A stretch of DNA of 62,955 bases, filler included, from Choristocarpus tenellus KU-1152 (Eukaryota; Protista; Phaeophyceae), in assembly GCA_964200185.2 (NCBI GenBank). It is 7 parts of 7 records of this genome, joined end to end, with 100 filler letters (N's around TTAATTAATTAA, not from the genome) between each part and the next. Parts side by side here need not be neighbours in the genome. Positions count along the whole stretch, not along the records: positions 22,988 to 33,069 come from CAXNAD020003164.1; positions 33,170 to 42,632 come from CAXNAD020003654.1; 5 more parts are not named here. One strand, given 5' to 3'. Below, piece by piece: positions 24,482-36,208 of this stretch (the first letter of the stretch is position 1; the number at the start of each line of letters is the position of its first letter). Made by a program: the position numbers and the translations under genes. The notes under the pieces are model-generated. The model saw only the letters and a list, made by a program, of their open reading frames with translations, was not told the DNA's origin and made no database searches.

Positions 24482-27400
24482 ATGAGCAGCACATGGCACT
24501 GGTGTGCGCAGCTGTACTTGTGGACCTATGCATTTTCGCTCATTTTCTTCATACCCCTGATCGAAAGTCTCTCCTTTGTCGCTGCTTGTGATGGAGGAGA
24601 AAACTCTGGTCTTATGGTCAGCACCCACAGCAGTATTGTCTGCGGGCTTGATGTATCACCGGAGTGTGCATCACCGGAGTGTGGTGCAATGTTGTCCTTA
24701 GTGGGGAAAGGAACAGTGTGTGTTCTCGACAGGATATCCCTTCTATGGGAGATAAGTGATTGGGCTAGCCTCCAACAACAAGAACTTGTTTGGGCAGGGC
24801 TATATAAACTCGGAGACTTGGGAATGGAACCTGCTGATCTCCGCCAAAGTTTTGTCAAAGGTGGAGAAGAGCGCTTGGTGACCCGCTTCGATCTCTTTAG
24901 AAATGGTTTTAGCAAGCGATCGATCCATGAGTCACCAACGCTCGAAGTGGAACCTGAGGAGCCTGTCAACCTTTTGCAACATCATAGCACTATCCAGTGC
25001 CTCATCGATGGTCCATACAAGATTCCAAGCGTTACAATGGTAAGAGAGTGATGATTTCCCTACCCACTGTATACACGACTTCTGTTTGGGAGAAACAGGC
25101 CTTAGTCCCAACGAGCAGAAGAAATATCAACCCGTAATAGGTAGTTCTTGACTTTAGAGCCATGTCTCCAATCCTACGTATTTCATTCATGCCTTGTTAT
25201 GCTAAATGTAGGTGGAGTGGAGGACAGTTCCGGAGGATTCATTGACTCTCAACTTCACTGAGGCCACCAATGCTCCTCCACTCCCAGACGCTATGTCGGT
25301 GAATAATGCAATCGAATTTAACAACGGAGATCTCAGACTCGCTCAGGGGCATGGTGTTTGGAGCATCGATGGGCTGACCCTCACCCTCACAGGATTGGAT
25401 CAGGACAGCTGGGGGAAAGCTGTGAGCTCAATATCGTCAGGAAATTTTGTTGTTTTACCCAGAAAAAAGATTCTCATAGGGAATGTAGTTATTGGGCGAG
25501 ATAAGGGTGAGGGTGGAGGCAGAGAGGGTACCAATATTTCTGGGAAGGTCGCGCTCCGATTCTTGACTCCAGGAAGGTATACTGCACGCCTCTTTATAGG
25601 AGATGTCATGGTTGCAATGCTGCAGAATGTGGTGGAGGTTATATCTTGCGAAGAAGAGGTTATTGCTGAGTCCGGTGACAGTGTCAATGCTCTTTTACTG
25701 CAAGTTACTGACAAACAAATATTTCCAGGAGTTGAGGTGCTGGACCCCTTCTTCACTGTGAAAGGTGTACTTGCATTGCCGGGTTTAAAGTGGTTCAAGG
25801 TAAGCAGGAGCAGAATAGCCACTACCACATGCTCTGAGTACTGTTACTTCAACGAAATAGTAGACCTCTACAAGTATTAGTTCTACCTGGAGGAGAAAAA
25901 ACACATGGTTCAGTTATGTGGATAATCTCACCCAAAGTCATTCCATTCTCGCAATTCCCTACGGGTGAGGATATTTTGCAATTTGCCCAGTACTCTCCAT
26001 TGAAAGCTATAGAAGAATTTTCTCAACACCAACCTTTCTCCTCCAGATCCCTCACAGTGTGTTTCCACTTCACAGTCAATCACCAAGTTCTGATGTGGGC
26101 AGAGTTTCCGGAAGCAGTACTTGGCAGGGACAACATTCCTGGACCATGTCCTTCTGGCTCAACCTGCAGGAAGACTCCACAGGCAGGTGAATAACTCCCT
26201 ACACCATTCTAGAAATGTTAATGTTAGGAGGTTGTGATCCAAGGCCAGCAAGACTACATTGCTTCGACGCTGTGGGCTGGCCTGGGCTTAGTGGACACAT
26301 AAAATGCAACTTTGTTCTGTGAAGTATGAAACGATTAACTTTTCTCCTTAACTTTTCTCCTACCTCTATCGACTACAACGCGTTTCTTATAGTAGGTGGT
26401 GGAGTGCATGGCAATTGAACCTTCTTTGTTTTCGACTGTTGTTGTTGTTTACATGGACAAGGTATTGTTTACATGGACAAGGTATTGACATTGGTAGCAC
26501 AAGATGCACCAAGCAGTCTGAAAAAATTGTATTGACGTACCTTACCATCGGTCCTCGTGGACATGCCATACGCCTCCCATGGTACACTCAAGCTAAGCTC
26601 CTTCCATGGTACACTCCTTATTTCCGGTGGGCACGCCTTCCAGCTTCCGTGCGCTGCTCTTTAAGGGTCATCATGTCCAGGGGGAAAATCGAACTCCATC
26701 AGCCTACCTGCACCCTTTCTCCAATCGTCTTTCTGTGAGGGTGACTTCGAGTGTTGACCCAGATATTGGTGTCGACTCTTCAAAGGTCTTGCCAATTCAG
26801 GAATGGACTCACCTTGCTTTTGTCTTTGACAATTCCACACAAGGGGCTTTCTCTTTGGCCCTATATGTGAATGGAAAACTAGATGTATCAGCGATGTTTC
26901 AAGGCATGGATATACTGGCAAATGATGGACCCTTGTACCTTGGACAGGATCCAGCAGGCAATCCTGGCACCAGGTAAGACATCTGAATTGCTTTGCAAGC
27001 TGGAAATGTCTCTACAAACTCCCATCCTTCTCGTTTTGTTTCAAGTACACCTCAAGGAGTTTGGGACCGTTTTTGTTGAATGCTCCATACCTGACATGAG
27101 ATGCCACTCATTGGTTGCGCTGTGCAGGTCTTTCATTTCCATGCTACGTCTCTGGAACACTCCCCTCTCCCCTGAAGAAGTTGCCAGTGATCACCGTTCT
27201 ACCAGCGCGGTATTTGCTCAAGTCCTTGGACAACCATTGTCCTCGCAGTATCCTGCAGTGGCTGCAATTGCTTCAGTGATTGCACAACCTATTTCTGGAG
27301 GAGACTCAAGGCGATATTGTGTGACCCTCCCCAACCGTTGTGATTAACTGTTGATTCATTCTTTGTGCCTAGCGTAGATACTTTAACTGTTGATTCATTA

Positions 27401-30400
27401 TTTGTACCTAGTGTAGATACTTTAACTGTAGATACTGTCGATTCAATTGAAGGGGCTAGGGTTACAGCTATGATCATCAAGGGTACTTCCCCGCCCATCT
27501 CTTGTCTACAATTTCCCTGTCAGATCAAAGGATACAACCCTGATCAAATGCTTAATTAATACTCTGGAGTAGTTGGCAATAGTGCAATGCCTTATGCGTG
27601 AGTTGTTTCGATGTGTACTGATAGTGTGAATCAAAAAGATAAGTACAAATGCCAAACATTGGTGAGTGAACCTTCAAAGTTTCGAAATTTTTGATGTACA
27701 GTTTAGAAAAGACATTTGGCTACAGAGAACAAAGTGTGATGTGTGTGAGAAAAAAGCAATTGAATCTAACCCTTCTCTTTAATGAATCTAACATTTCCTT
27801 TCAATGCATTTAGTATAACTCAAACATTTGACTGCAATGGTATCACAGCAATAGAGCTATGCGAAAATTCAAGGGTGATGCTACTAGAGATAAAATTAGT
27901 CGGGATGTTCGATTTGAAAGGGAAGAGTATCCTACTGCAATGTGCTGGCCCGTTCTTAATGCCATTTTGTCTTCCAGATGTCACTCTGAATCAGTCAGAC
28001 TTTGACAAGCGGTCTTAATGAAATTGGACATCTGGTAGTGAGAAAGTGATCCATCTCAAATGGGTATGACATAAAAAAAATCAAAAAGGAAAAGTAAGTG
28101 TCCCATTCGATGAAATTGGTTCTAACTGCCAAGTGGTTCTGGTGTGTGACATATGACATATATTTCCTTGGTACCAGTACCCCAGTGTACAACCAGTAAG
28201 TACAACCCTTGCTGCTCCAAAGTCTTTTTTGGGTAGTCTCTTGAAGTGTCAATAGGTGACTTTGCACAGTAGATGGATACCAACATGGTGCATAAATTCT
28301 GAGCAAGGGGGTATTTATTTTATTAAGATCGTAGCAACCAGCAATCCAAACTTTTTTTCTGAATTGTTGAGAAATACCTCAAGTGAGATCTGATTGGTCA
28401 ACGTCTCCGACCTGTGTCATGACCTCAACTCCCTTAACTCTAAACAGGATTCCACCCATTAATATACCTGGTATTGCTCTTTCACGCCTGAGCAATGATG
28501 AGGAAGTGGCAGAAGCAGGAGGCATACAACTCAGTGAGGCACTGTTTCTGCATGCCACATCAACCACATCGTTGTGTAGGCCATTCTCAGAAAGGCTTGA
28601 GGCATACCGCATTGCAGCTGAGGCAGGTCACACTGAGGGGCAACTTAGGTATGACTAATCCCCCTGTATTTTAAAAAAAACTGGAAAGCAAACTGTAGTG
28701 TGGGACTTGTTGGATTTGTAGTCGTGGATCTTTTCTTGAAATGCTATAATGAAATGCTATAATGCCCCCCCCAAAAGGCTTCATCCTTGCCCGATGGTTT
28801 CTTCCGATCCCTCTCAACTCATTAACTCATTAACTCATTTGTGACAGCTTTCCTTTACACATGTGGTTTTTCAATATTTCAATTCAAGCATGTCATAATA
28901 TCGTGTCTCAAAGGTATGCTTCACTATTGCTGAATGGAAAGGAAGAGATCAGGGGCACTGGCTCGTCCTGCCCACGAAGTAAGGAGAAGCACAATGCAAT
29001 CATGGCGGAGGCGCAGTGGAGGTCGGAGGGAGCAACTAAGGCAGTACAGAATCTGGCTCTTGCCACACAAGGAGGGTCCTACCAGGCAGCTTTCATCCTC
29101 AGTGTTCTCATATTGTCGGGTTTGGATGAAGGTGCCAGCATGGTCTCTGCAAGTACCAGGAAAGAAGGTAAGTATCAAATGGTCCATTGCCTTTTCACTG
29201 GGTTATGAACAAAAACCTCATGTACCGTCCTTGATCACTCCCACTCCCAAATATTTGGGTAGGCTGAGTCAAATGAGTCACATTGCCAATGCCATGTGCT
29301 CAGGGGTAGTATAACTGGAATCGACTGACCTAAAGACCCCTCAAATCTGATTAATGTTCTTGTCACCTGTGGCAGCTGGAACACAAATCATTGATGGAGT
29401 GCAGCATACATCCCATCCTAGGTCGGTCAATCTTGACCCTGGTTTGGCAGTCCCTGGCCAGCTAGCTGGAAGGGGAGCAGATACCCTTACAAAGAAGAAG
29501 GAAGCAACAGCAAGAGCTATTGGACTGCTACATTTTTCTGCCTTGGGAGGTGTCACTGAGGCGCAAATTGCTTTAGGGTTGAGGTAAGGGCAGCATAAGA
29601 GGTTGAATACCTTGGGTATGACCCTATTGACCTTCCTTTAGCATTGGACAGATTGTCGGCAGAAGCTTTATTTTTTTGTTCAAGTGTCTATTTCCAGCAC
29701 TGTAGCATGATGGATTAGGGTTAGGGTTAGGGTTACTAAGGACGGCATCCTGTTCAATATAGGAGGGCTTCTTCTGATAGATACCCTTGATAGCGAAGCA
29801 CTTTCTTGAATTGGTGTTGATCACTGAGGCCATTCCATTCTTCCTCTTTATCTGTTTGTAGTAGTAATCAGACATATATTAATCAGACACGACCCATTTG
29901 CTTAAGAACAAACCCTTCTCATGTGCCCTCAAGCTCAGATACTTGAAGGGTAGAGGGGTAGAGATGGACATCGAAGCTGCTTCTTGGTACTTTGGCTGTG
30001 CTGCTGATGCAGCATGGGCAACTCACCACACAGTGGGAGGGCAGCCAATGAATGAATATCAGCGTCTCACTGAGGCTAATGAGGCAGTAGTGGATGTTGG
30101 CCAACGGGGGGAGGATGATAATACTATCCAATACCAGGTTCGTTGAGACCCTCAAGCAGCAGTGGGATCCATTTCTATGTGTGTCTTTCACAGAATCCAG
30201 TGATTTGACATTTTAGATACTTCACTGAGATAAATTGATCTCTGGTGGTCTAAGCAACGAACTTCTCTTGAGAGGCAAAGGTGGTCACTTAAAAAAAAAG
30301 TATACTTGTCTGAAAACTAGTACACCAGTGAACAATTCGAAGAGTGTTCTGGCATGGCCCTACTTTGGTCAAATGACATCAACACCTTCCATCCACAGTG

Positions 30401-31524
30401 AGAACAGGCCTTCCATCCAGAGGGTACAAACAATGAAAGCAGTGCTGAGCTCCCTTCCATTTTGCACACATGTCTTACAGATCATGAGGGCAGAGCAAGG
30501 GCATGTGCCTAGCATGGCAGCACTTGGGGAGCTATACTATTGGGGAGCTCGAGGGGTCATCCGCGATCAAGCGAGGGCTCTACATTACTTCAACATGGCT
30601 GCTGATAAGGGCAACAATGCAGCTCGTTGTGCAGCTGCTGTGAGTTCTATGGCACTACAACATGTCAAGATTTTGTAGGAAAAATAGCTCATTTTGTAGT
30701 CCATCCACACACACATCAATCGTCCCCTCAAAGCACAAGTAAGTTTGATATCTATCTATCTATCTATCTGTCTGTCTATCTATCTATCTATCCATCTATC
30801 TATCTGATTTTTCTCCTGGGTTGACAACGTTCAGCTGCAAGTGTACAACAGTGTTGTATCCTTTCTAATGTTGCCACTTTGTTGGTCATATTCTTCCTGT
30901 GGGTGTGTAATGTTCTTCAAACCCCGTTTTGGTGAGGACAGGGTATGTACCTCAAAGGAGAAGGGACAGGAGCTAACCACACCCTTGCGGTGGAGCTATA
31001 TGAGAGCGCTGCTGCAGAGGGTCATGTTCGTGCTCTCAATGGACTCGGGTACGAGTCCTTTTTTGGAAATGTCCTCCCAAAAGACCAGGTAACAGAATTA
31101 TGTCAAAAACACTGCGAACCATGTGCAGTGCATGCCTTCAAACTTGAGATTGGATTGTGCATATCAATGAGGCTCACATCTTGCCTGCAGCACCAACAGA
31201 AGCAACTATGAAATGCAATTCTTGGTATTCTGTAAGCTACTCCAGCCCTAACCCTAACCCAGAGTATACAACTAAAAAAATGAACTACCATGTAATATCG
31301 CTTGAATGCGAAATGTTATACCCCACCATTCCTGGTCACATTTGTCAGGCGAAGGCTTTTGAGTATTTTGAACGAGCAGCAGGTATGAAGGAAGATGCAG
31401 ATAGCCTGTTCAACGCTGCTCACTGCCTTGCCACAGGCTCTGGTGTGGAAAAAGACATTCAACGGTGAATTGCATTGAGCAAGACTCTTGCACTCAAGAG
31501 GTGTATGGTGATATTGATGATGAT

Positions 31525-31555
<31 letters not shown>

Positions 31556-32197
31556 TCAACTGTGGCCTTTAGGACCAAGGTTCACATGCCGCTGACAAGA
31601 GACAAGGTGCTGTTCCTTTTAAAGACCTCAATTCTCTACAGTTACGTAGGAGGTCTACAACAGTACACAGATATTCTATCTCTAGTGGTCACTGCAGTAA
31701 AACACCACTCCACAAAAAACTACTAATTGATGCTACTCATTGATGCTACTCATTGATGCTCTGTGCTTGCCGCCAAAACATCATTGTATCATTGTTAAGT
31801 ACAGGGCAGCATCATTGTTCCGCTTGGGAGCTGCATGGGGACACTTTGATTCAATGTATGAGATGGGAATCCTAAGCTCACAGGGGGAAACCATTGCCAG
31901 GAGTCCCAAGGATGCAGCCCTGTACTTCAAGGCTGCAGCACAAGTAAGCGTTTCTTATTGGGTCTATCTTATTTATCCCCATTACCTCATTACCTCATTA
32001 CCTCATCACCTGTTGTGTGACCAACCCTGACTGACCTCCCTCCAATGAACCTTGCTGTTCCTTGATCCGTGCACTGACCCCCCTCCAATGAACCATGCTG
32101 ACGGGAGCAGGTTGGGAGCTGGGGAGGACGTCTTCGGGCAGGGTTTGATTGCTACATTGAAGGAGATATCCTTTGTTCAATTGCTTCGTATGCAGAG
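24482..32197 (+). CDS. Secretory-pathway LamG/ConA-like + SEL1-repeat protein (SEL1L3-like architecture), 3' truncated
   Basis: Exons 24482-25039, 25212-25799, 26047-26186, 26644-26973, 27128-~27310 (donor uncertain), 28448-28648, 28914-29167, 29376-29583, 29939-30137, 30481-30639, 30942-31088, 31349-31464, 31805-31943, 32111-32197. Hydrophobic N-terminus; LamG motifs WTMSFWLNL, EWTHLAFVFD, LYVNGKL, LYLG, LRLWNTPLSPEEV; SEL1 repeats AQIALGLRYLKGRGV, SMAALGELYYWGARGV, ALNGLGY, SLFNAA, SMYEMG. Confidence 0.85.
27345..27430. repeat. 39-bp tandem repeat (about 2.2 copies), intronic
   Basis: ttaactgttgattcatt(c/a)tttgt(g/a)cctag(c/t)gtagatact repeated. Confidence 0.8.
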
Positions 32198-32198
32198 G

Positions 32199-32560
32199 TA
32201 CATCTAATATGTACTATCTAATATGTACTATCTAATATCTAATATGTACTATCTAATATGTACTATCTAATATCTAATATGTACTATCTACTATCTAATA
32301 TATGTACTATCTAATATGTACTATCTAATATGTACTATCTAATATCTAATATGTACTATCTAATATGTACTATCTAATATGTACTATCTACTATCTAATA
32401 TGTATTATCTAATATGTACTATCTACTATCTAATATGTACTATCTACTATCTAATATGTACTATCTACTATCTAATATGTACTATCTAATATCTAATATG
32501 TACTATCTAATATGTACAATCTAATATGTACTATCTAATATGTACTATCTAATATGTAAC
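32199..32560. repeat. Intronic compound minisatellite of 14-bp and 7-bp units
   Basis: More than 20 units of ctaatatgtactat interspersed with ctaatat/ctactat, starting immediately after the splice donor at 32198. Confidence 0.9.
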
Positions 32561-32834
32561 CTACATGTACTATGTAACCTACATTTCCAACATAGTTGAT
32601 GTACTATGGGGTACTTTGAAGCGAAGGCTAACCTTACTGTGTGACAGGATGTTCTATGTATATATATCAGCACCTCTATGACCCTCAATCAACAGATACA
32701 TTTGATCAAACTACTTTTAATCAATTCACATGTTATCAAAGTAAACGAGAGGTATCCAGGTTAGGCCTAACTGTAGGCATCTCAATTTTAAGTCTGTTTT
32801 TTAGTCTTTGCAATTCACCCATATTTTTATTATT

Positions 32835-33010
32835 GCCTCAAAGCATCTGGGGGGGGAGGGGGGTCTACACCAGGGTATCCATTTGGGCCCTGACCAGGAG
32901 AAGTGCACTTACATTGTCCATCCGATGTATGCAACCAAATTCACCCAAAATTGCGACATGGAAAGGTGGCCCCGAATGGACAGCCACCCCCCCCCCCCCC
33001 CCAATACCCT
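32835..33010. mobile_element. Near-complete poly-G MITE (family B), about 175 bp
   Basis: GCCTCAAAGCATCT-(G)n ... gaatggacagcca-(C)n; the interior matches the reverse complement of 48420-48510. Confidence 0.7.
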
Positions 33011-33069
33011 TAACATATTGAGTTTTTTTATTTTTTGTTCTGTTAGAGGCAGGGTTAAATTCTCAAATT

Positions 33070-33169
33070 NNNNNNNNNNNNNNNNNNNNNNNNNNNNNNN
33101 NNNNNNNNNNNNNTTAATTAATTAANNNNNNNNNNNNNNNNNNNNNNNNNNNNNNNNNNNNNNNNNNNN
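33070..33169. other. Artificial contig spacer
   Basis: N44-TTAATTAATTAA-N44. Confidence 0.97.
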
Positions 33170-33931
33170 GAGCATAAAAAAGATCACACCCACACTGAAC
33201 CAAATACCCACACATTGATTGTATGTAATACATACATGATGCTTGTAGAGTCTCATATATAATTCTTTTTTACGCCCATAAGTTCCAGAGTTACATCTTA
33301 TGGACAGTTAAGGGGTAACATAAGTTGAAGTCAACAATCTGCACCATTCTCATATGCGTTTTTTTCATGCGTAAAAGTAGATTATCTAAGAAATAATCTA
33401 TGGATGGAAGAAATCATATTTGCGATCTGAGGAATAGAAGATAGGTATGGATTCAAGAACTAGAATATGGAAGAGTTCAGGAATAGGAAACGTTATAGCA
33501 AGTAATCTGTGATTAGCGATTACTGACCCATAGAATAGGATTGATTTGGTGACAAATACTCACCCCTACTGGGGCTTGAAAGCTCACTTCTCCTTCCTCC
33601 TTCCTTATTTCATCTACAACCTGTTCAGCGCCTCAAGGAATAAATCAAGTCATTTGCGTGGACAAGTCTTGGGAATATCAGCTTCTTTAACACAGGCAAA
33701 ATCAATGGCCACTTGGCACAGTGTCTACATTCACCCCAGCCCTCACCATCCACTTTCCACAGTATTACATCCCCACCATCCAGCCCTCCTCTCCATGCCT
33801 CCCTCAATACTCCAACGGCGCTCTCCTCATCACACTCATGCCAGACAGTAAGGCCCAAGCACCTGGACAGAAGGACACATACCAAAAACTTACACCTCAA
33901 ATGTTTTCTACTGCACAATCTCTCCAAACAC

Positions 33932-35844
33932 CTATGAACCTTTGCCCAACATGGTGCTGAGGGCATCCCTTTCCTCCTTGCTTGAGGCCAATGACTGAGA
34001 TGCCAAAAAGGCTCGGTTGTCATGCAGGGTGATTACGTGCCCTGTTTGGGAGTCCTGAACACACAGGTATACCCACTCCCCACTGTCCATCTTGCTCGAC
34101 ACCTTTGGATCAGGGGCGTGTAAGGACCGTGTCAACAAGCAAGCAAAATGCCAGGAATGGATCAACTTAAAAAGTACAAGGAGCTGTGTTCGCGAACAGG
34201 TATGTGTGTTTGTTTTTGTGAGTGAATGCACGTGTGGCAAGAGTACTTGAGGGCATGTGATCTCTGACGAGGCTAGTGCAACAACAAAAAACTTACGCGC
34301 ATCAAAAGTATCAAACTACATGGCACAAAAAGGTAACAACAGTCAAAATGAGTGACGCATCATAATCTGAAACAAATATTCCACCAAGATTAACCCTAGA
34401 AACAAGATGAGCGGAAAAAAACCACACGTACACATGGCAGGGCAGCCAGACCTCAGCCAATCCCACTATTCAAACAGGAGAATCCAAATGCCTCAAGAAG
34501 TCAATTCCCAACTACAATAAACAGTGTAGCTTACTTTCACTTTGGGAAGTGAAAGAAGGGGGGAAGGAGTCAAGAGGAATGAAATTCTTGCCTCAGCAAA
34601 GCCCAGGCCATGCCCATAGGGACCCTCGAGATTGAAGCGAACGCGTGTTCGTTTACTGTCATCAGATTTTTCCTTGTACTCTATGTGCTCCACAAAGTTA
34701 CGGCGTCCCTCTCGATGGCGGTTTGTGTCTCTCCCATACACCTTCAGGGGCGTTCCAAAGTGATTCGCAGTCTTCAAGGTGGAATGAAAGAGCAAAAACG
34801 GGGAATAAGGGACGGGAGGTTGGGTACGCGGGAGACGATATCCAGATATTGGTATGGGAGCAAATGTATAAATGTATCGCAAAAACCACGTGGAGGAAAG
34901 TTGAAGCGACAAGTGAAAGTAGTGATCATGCAGAATGGTGTTTAAGAAAAGTGTGGTTTCCACCAAAGCATTTCTTGTGTTGTGGGTCAGATGTTAACTG
35001 AGACTGGAGCGGACATGATACAAATAGTCTAGTGCCATGATGCACGCAAAAAGACAATACACGTCTAACTGGCAGGAGCAAGGAGAGGGGGGCGCATAGA
35101 AAGGCGCTGACTTTATAGTACAAGAATGACTAGACTGAAGGATTCAAGGCCATCATCACGATGTTGTAACCTTCATCGTGCAAACTGGGCGACGTAGAAG
35201 GGAAGCGTCTTTGTCGGGTAACACTGCAGTGGTGGGGTGAGTAGATTGGCAAGATAACTAAGAGCAGAAGTACTTCCATATTGAAACTGATCATGAGGTA
35301 GAGGCTTCGTTCTCACGTCGGGGTCGGACTTGATGACCTCGAAGGCGTCTGAGAGGACTGTGTTAGGGGCCATCCGTGAAGGCATCAGCTCCACCACGAT
35401 ATTGTACAAGCAAACTCCCGCCAATGAGACCACGCCGAGAAACGCAACCGTCTGAAAGACGGCCTTGGGGGTCCATCCCTCCTCTTCTGGCTCATCATAA
35501 AAGTTTTCGTTTTCTTCACTGCCTTCATCTTTGCCCTTCTTCCCTTCCCGCCCTCCACTTTGCTGTCCTCCTGCTGCCCCTGCTCCGCCCCCTCCTGCTG
35601 CCCCAGCACCTCCTTCGCTACCTCGCCCAGATGCTGTGCACATACCCCTCAACGCAAGGTTCAGCCTCACATCCCAAACCAGGTTAGACCCAAACCCTCT
35701 GGAGTTCCAGGTCTGCAACTTCACAGGCAGGCACTTCGACTGCGGTTGTCCTGTTCGCGAGGTCCAGGACAATGAACCCCATCGCCTAGTTGCCACGGCG
35801 ATCACTCTTTTCCTGGGAACAGTAAGGCGGTTGATTGCTGACAT
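33932..35844 (-). CDS. TIM21: Mitochondrial inner-membrane translocase subunit Tim21-like, complete, 3 exons
   Basis: Exons 35844-35317, 34771-34592 (GC donor), 34102-33932. Arg-rich presequence, single TM (VAFLGVVSLAGVCLYNIVVEL), PNTVLSDAFEVIKSDP, FGTPLKVYG, EGRRN, RVRFNLEGP, EWVYLCVQD, ITLHDNR. Confidence 0.87.
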
Positions 35845-36208
35845 TGGTTCTCCCTTCTAGTGGTGTGGAGAATTGGAGGATGTTTGTATCAATTTACATC
35901 TAATATGTACCATTGTACAATCGAAGGCGTTGACCCCTCTCCACTTCCTGCACCCAAACACCAAAATGGAATATCCCGCCTCTCGCCTACCACATTCCGG
36001 CGACAGAGGTTCCCTCAAATCGTACTATCAGACCAAATTGGCATTGAAATCTTTTGAATGCGGTTCACCTACTGTAGTCGTTGTGCAGAATTGCGGATGC
36101 AGTCATGTATAGGAGATTCAATGAATGGGCGAGCATTTCGAGGTGGGAAGTGTGTTTTTTCAATGACGACACATTTCCGTCACTTACGCTTTAGCTCAAT
36201 CCCCGTTC

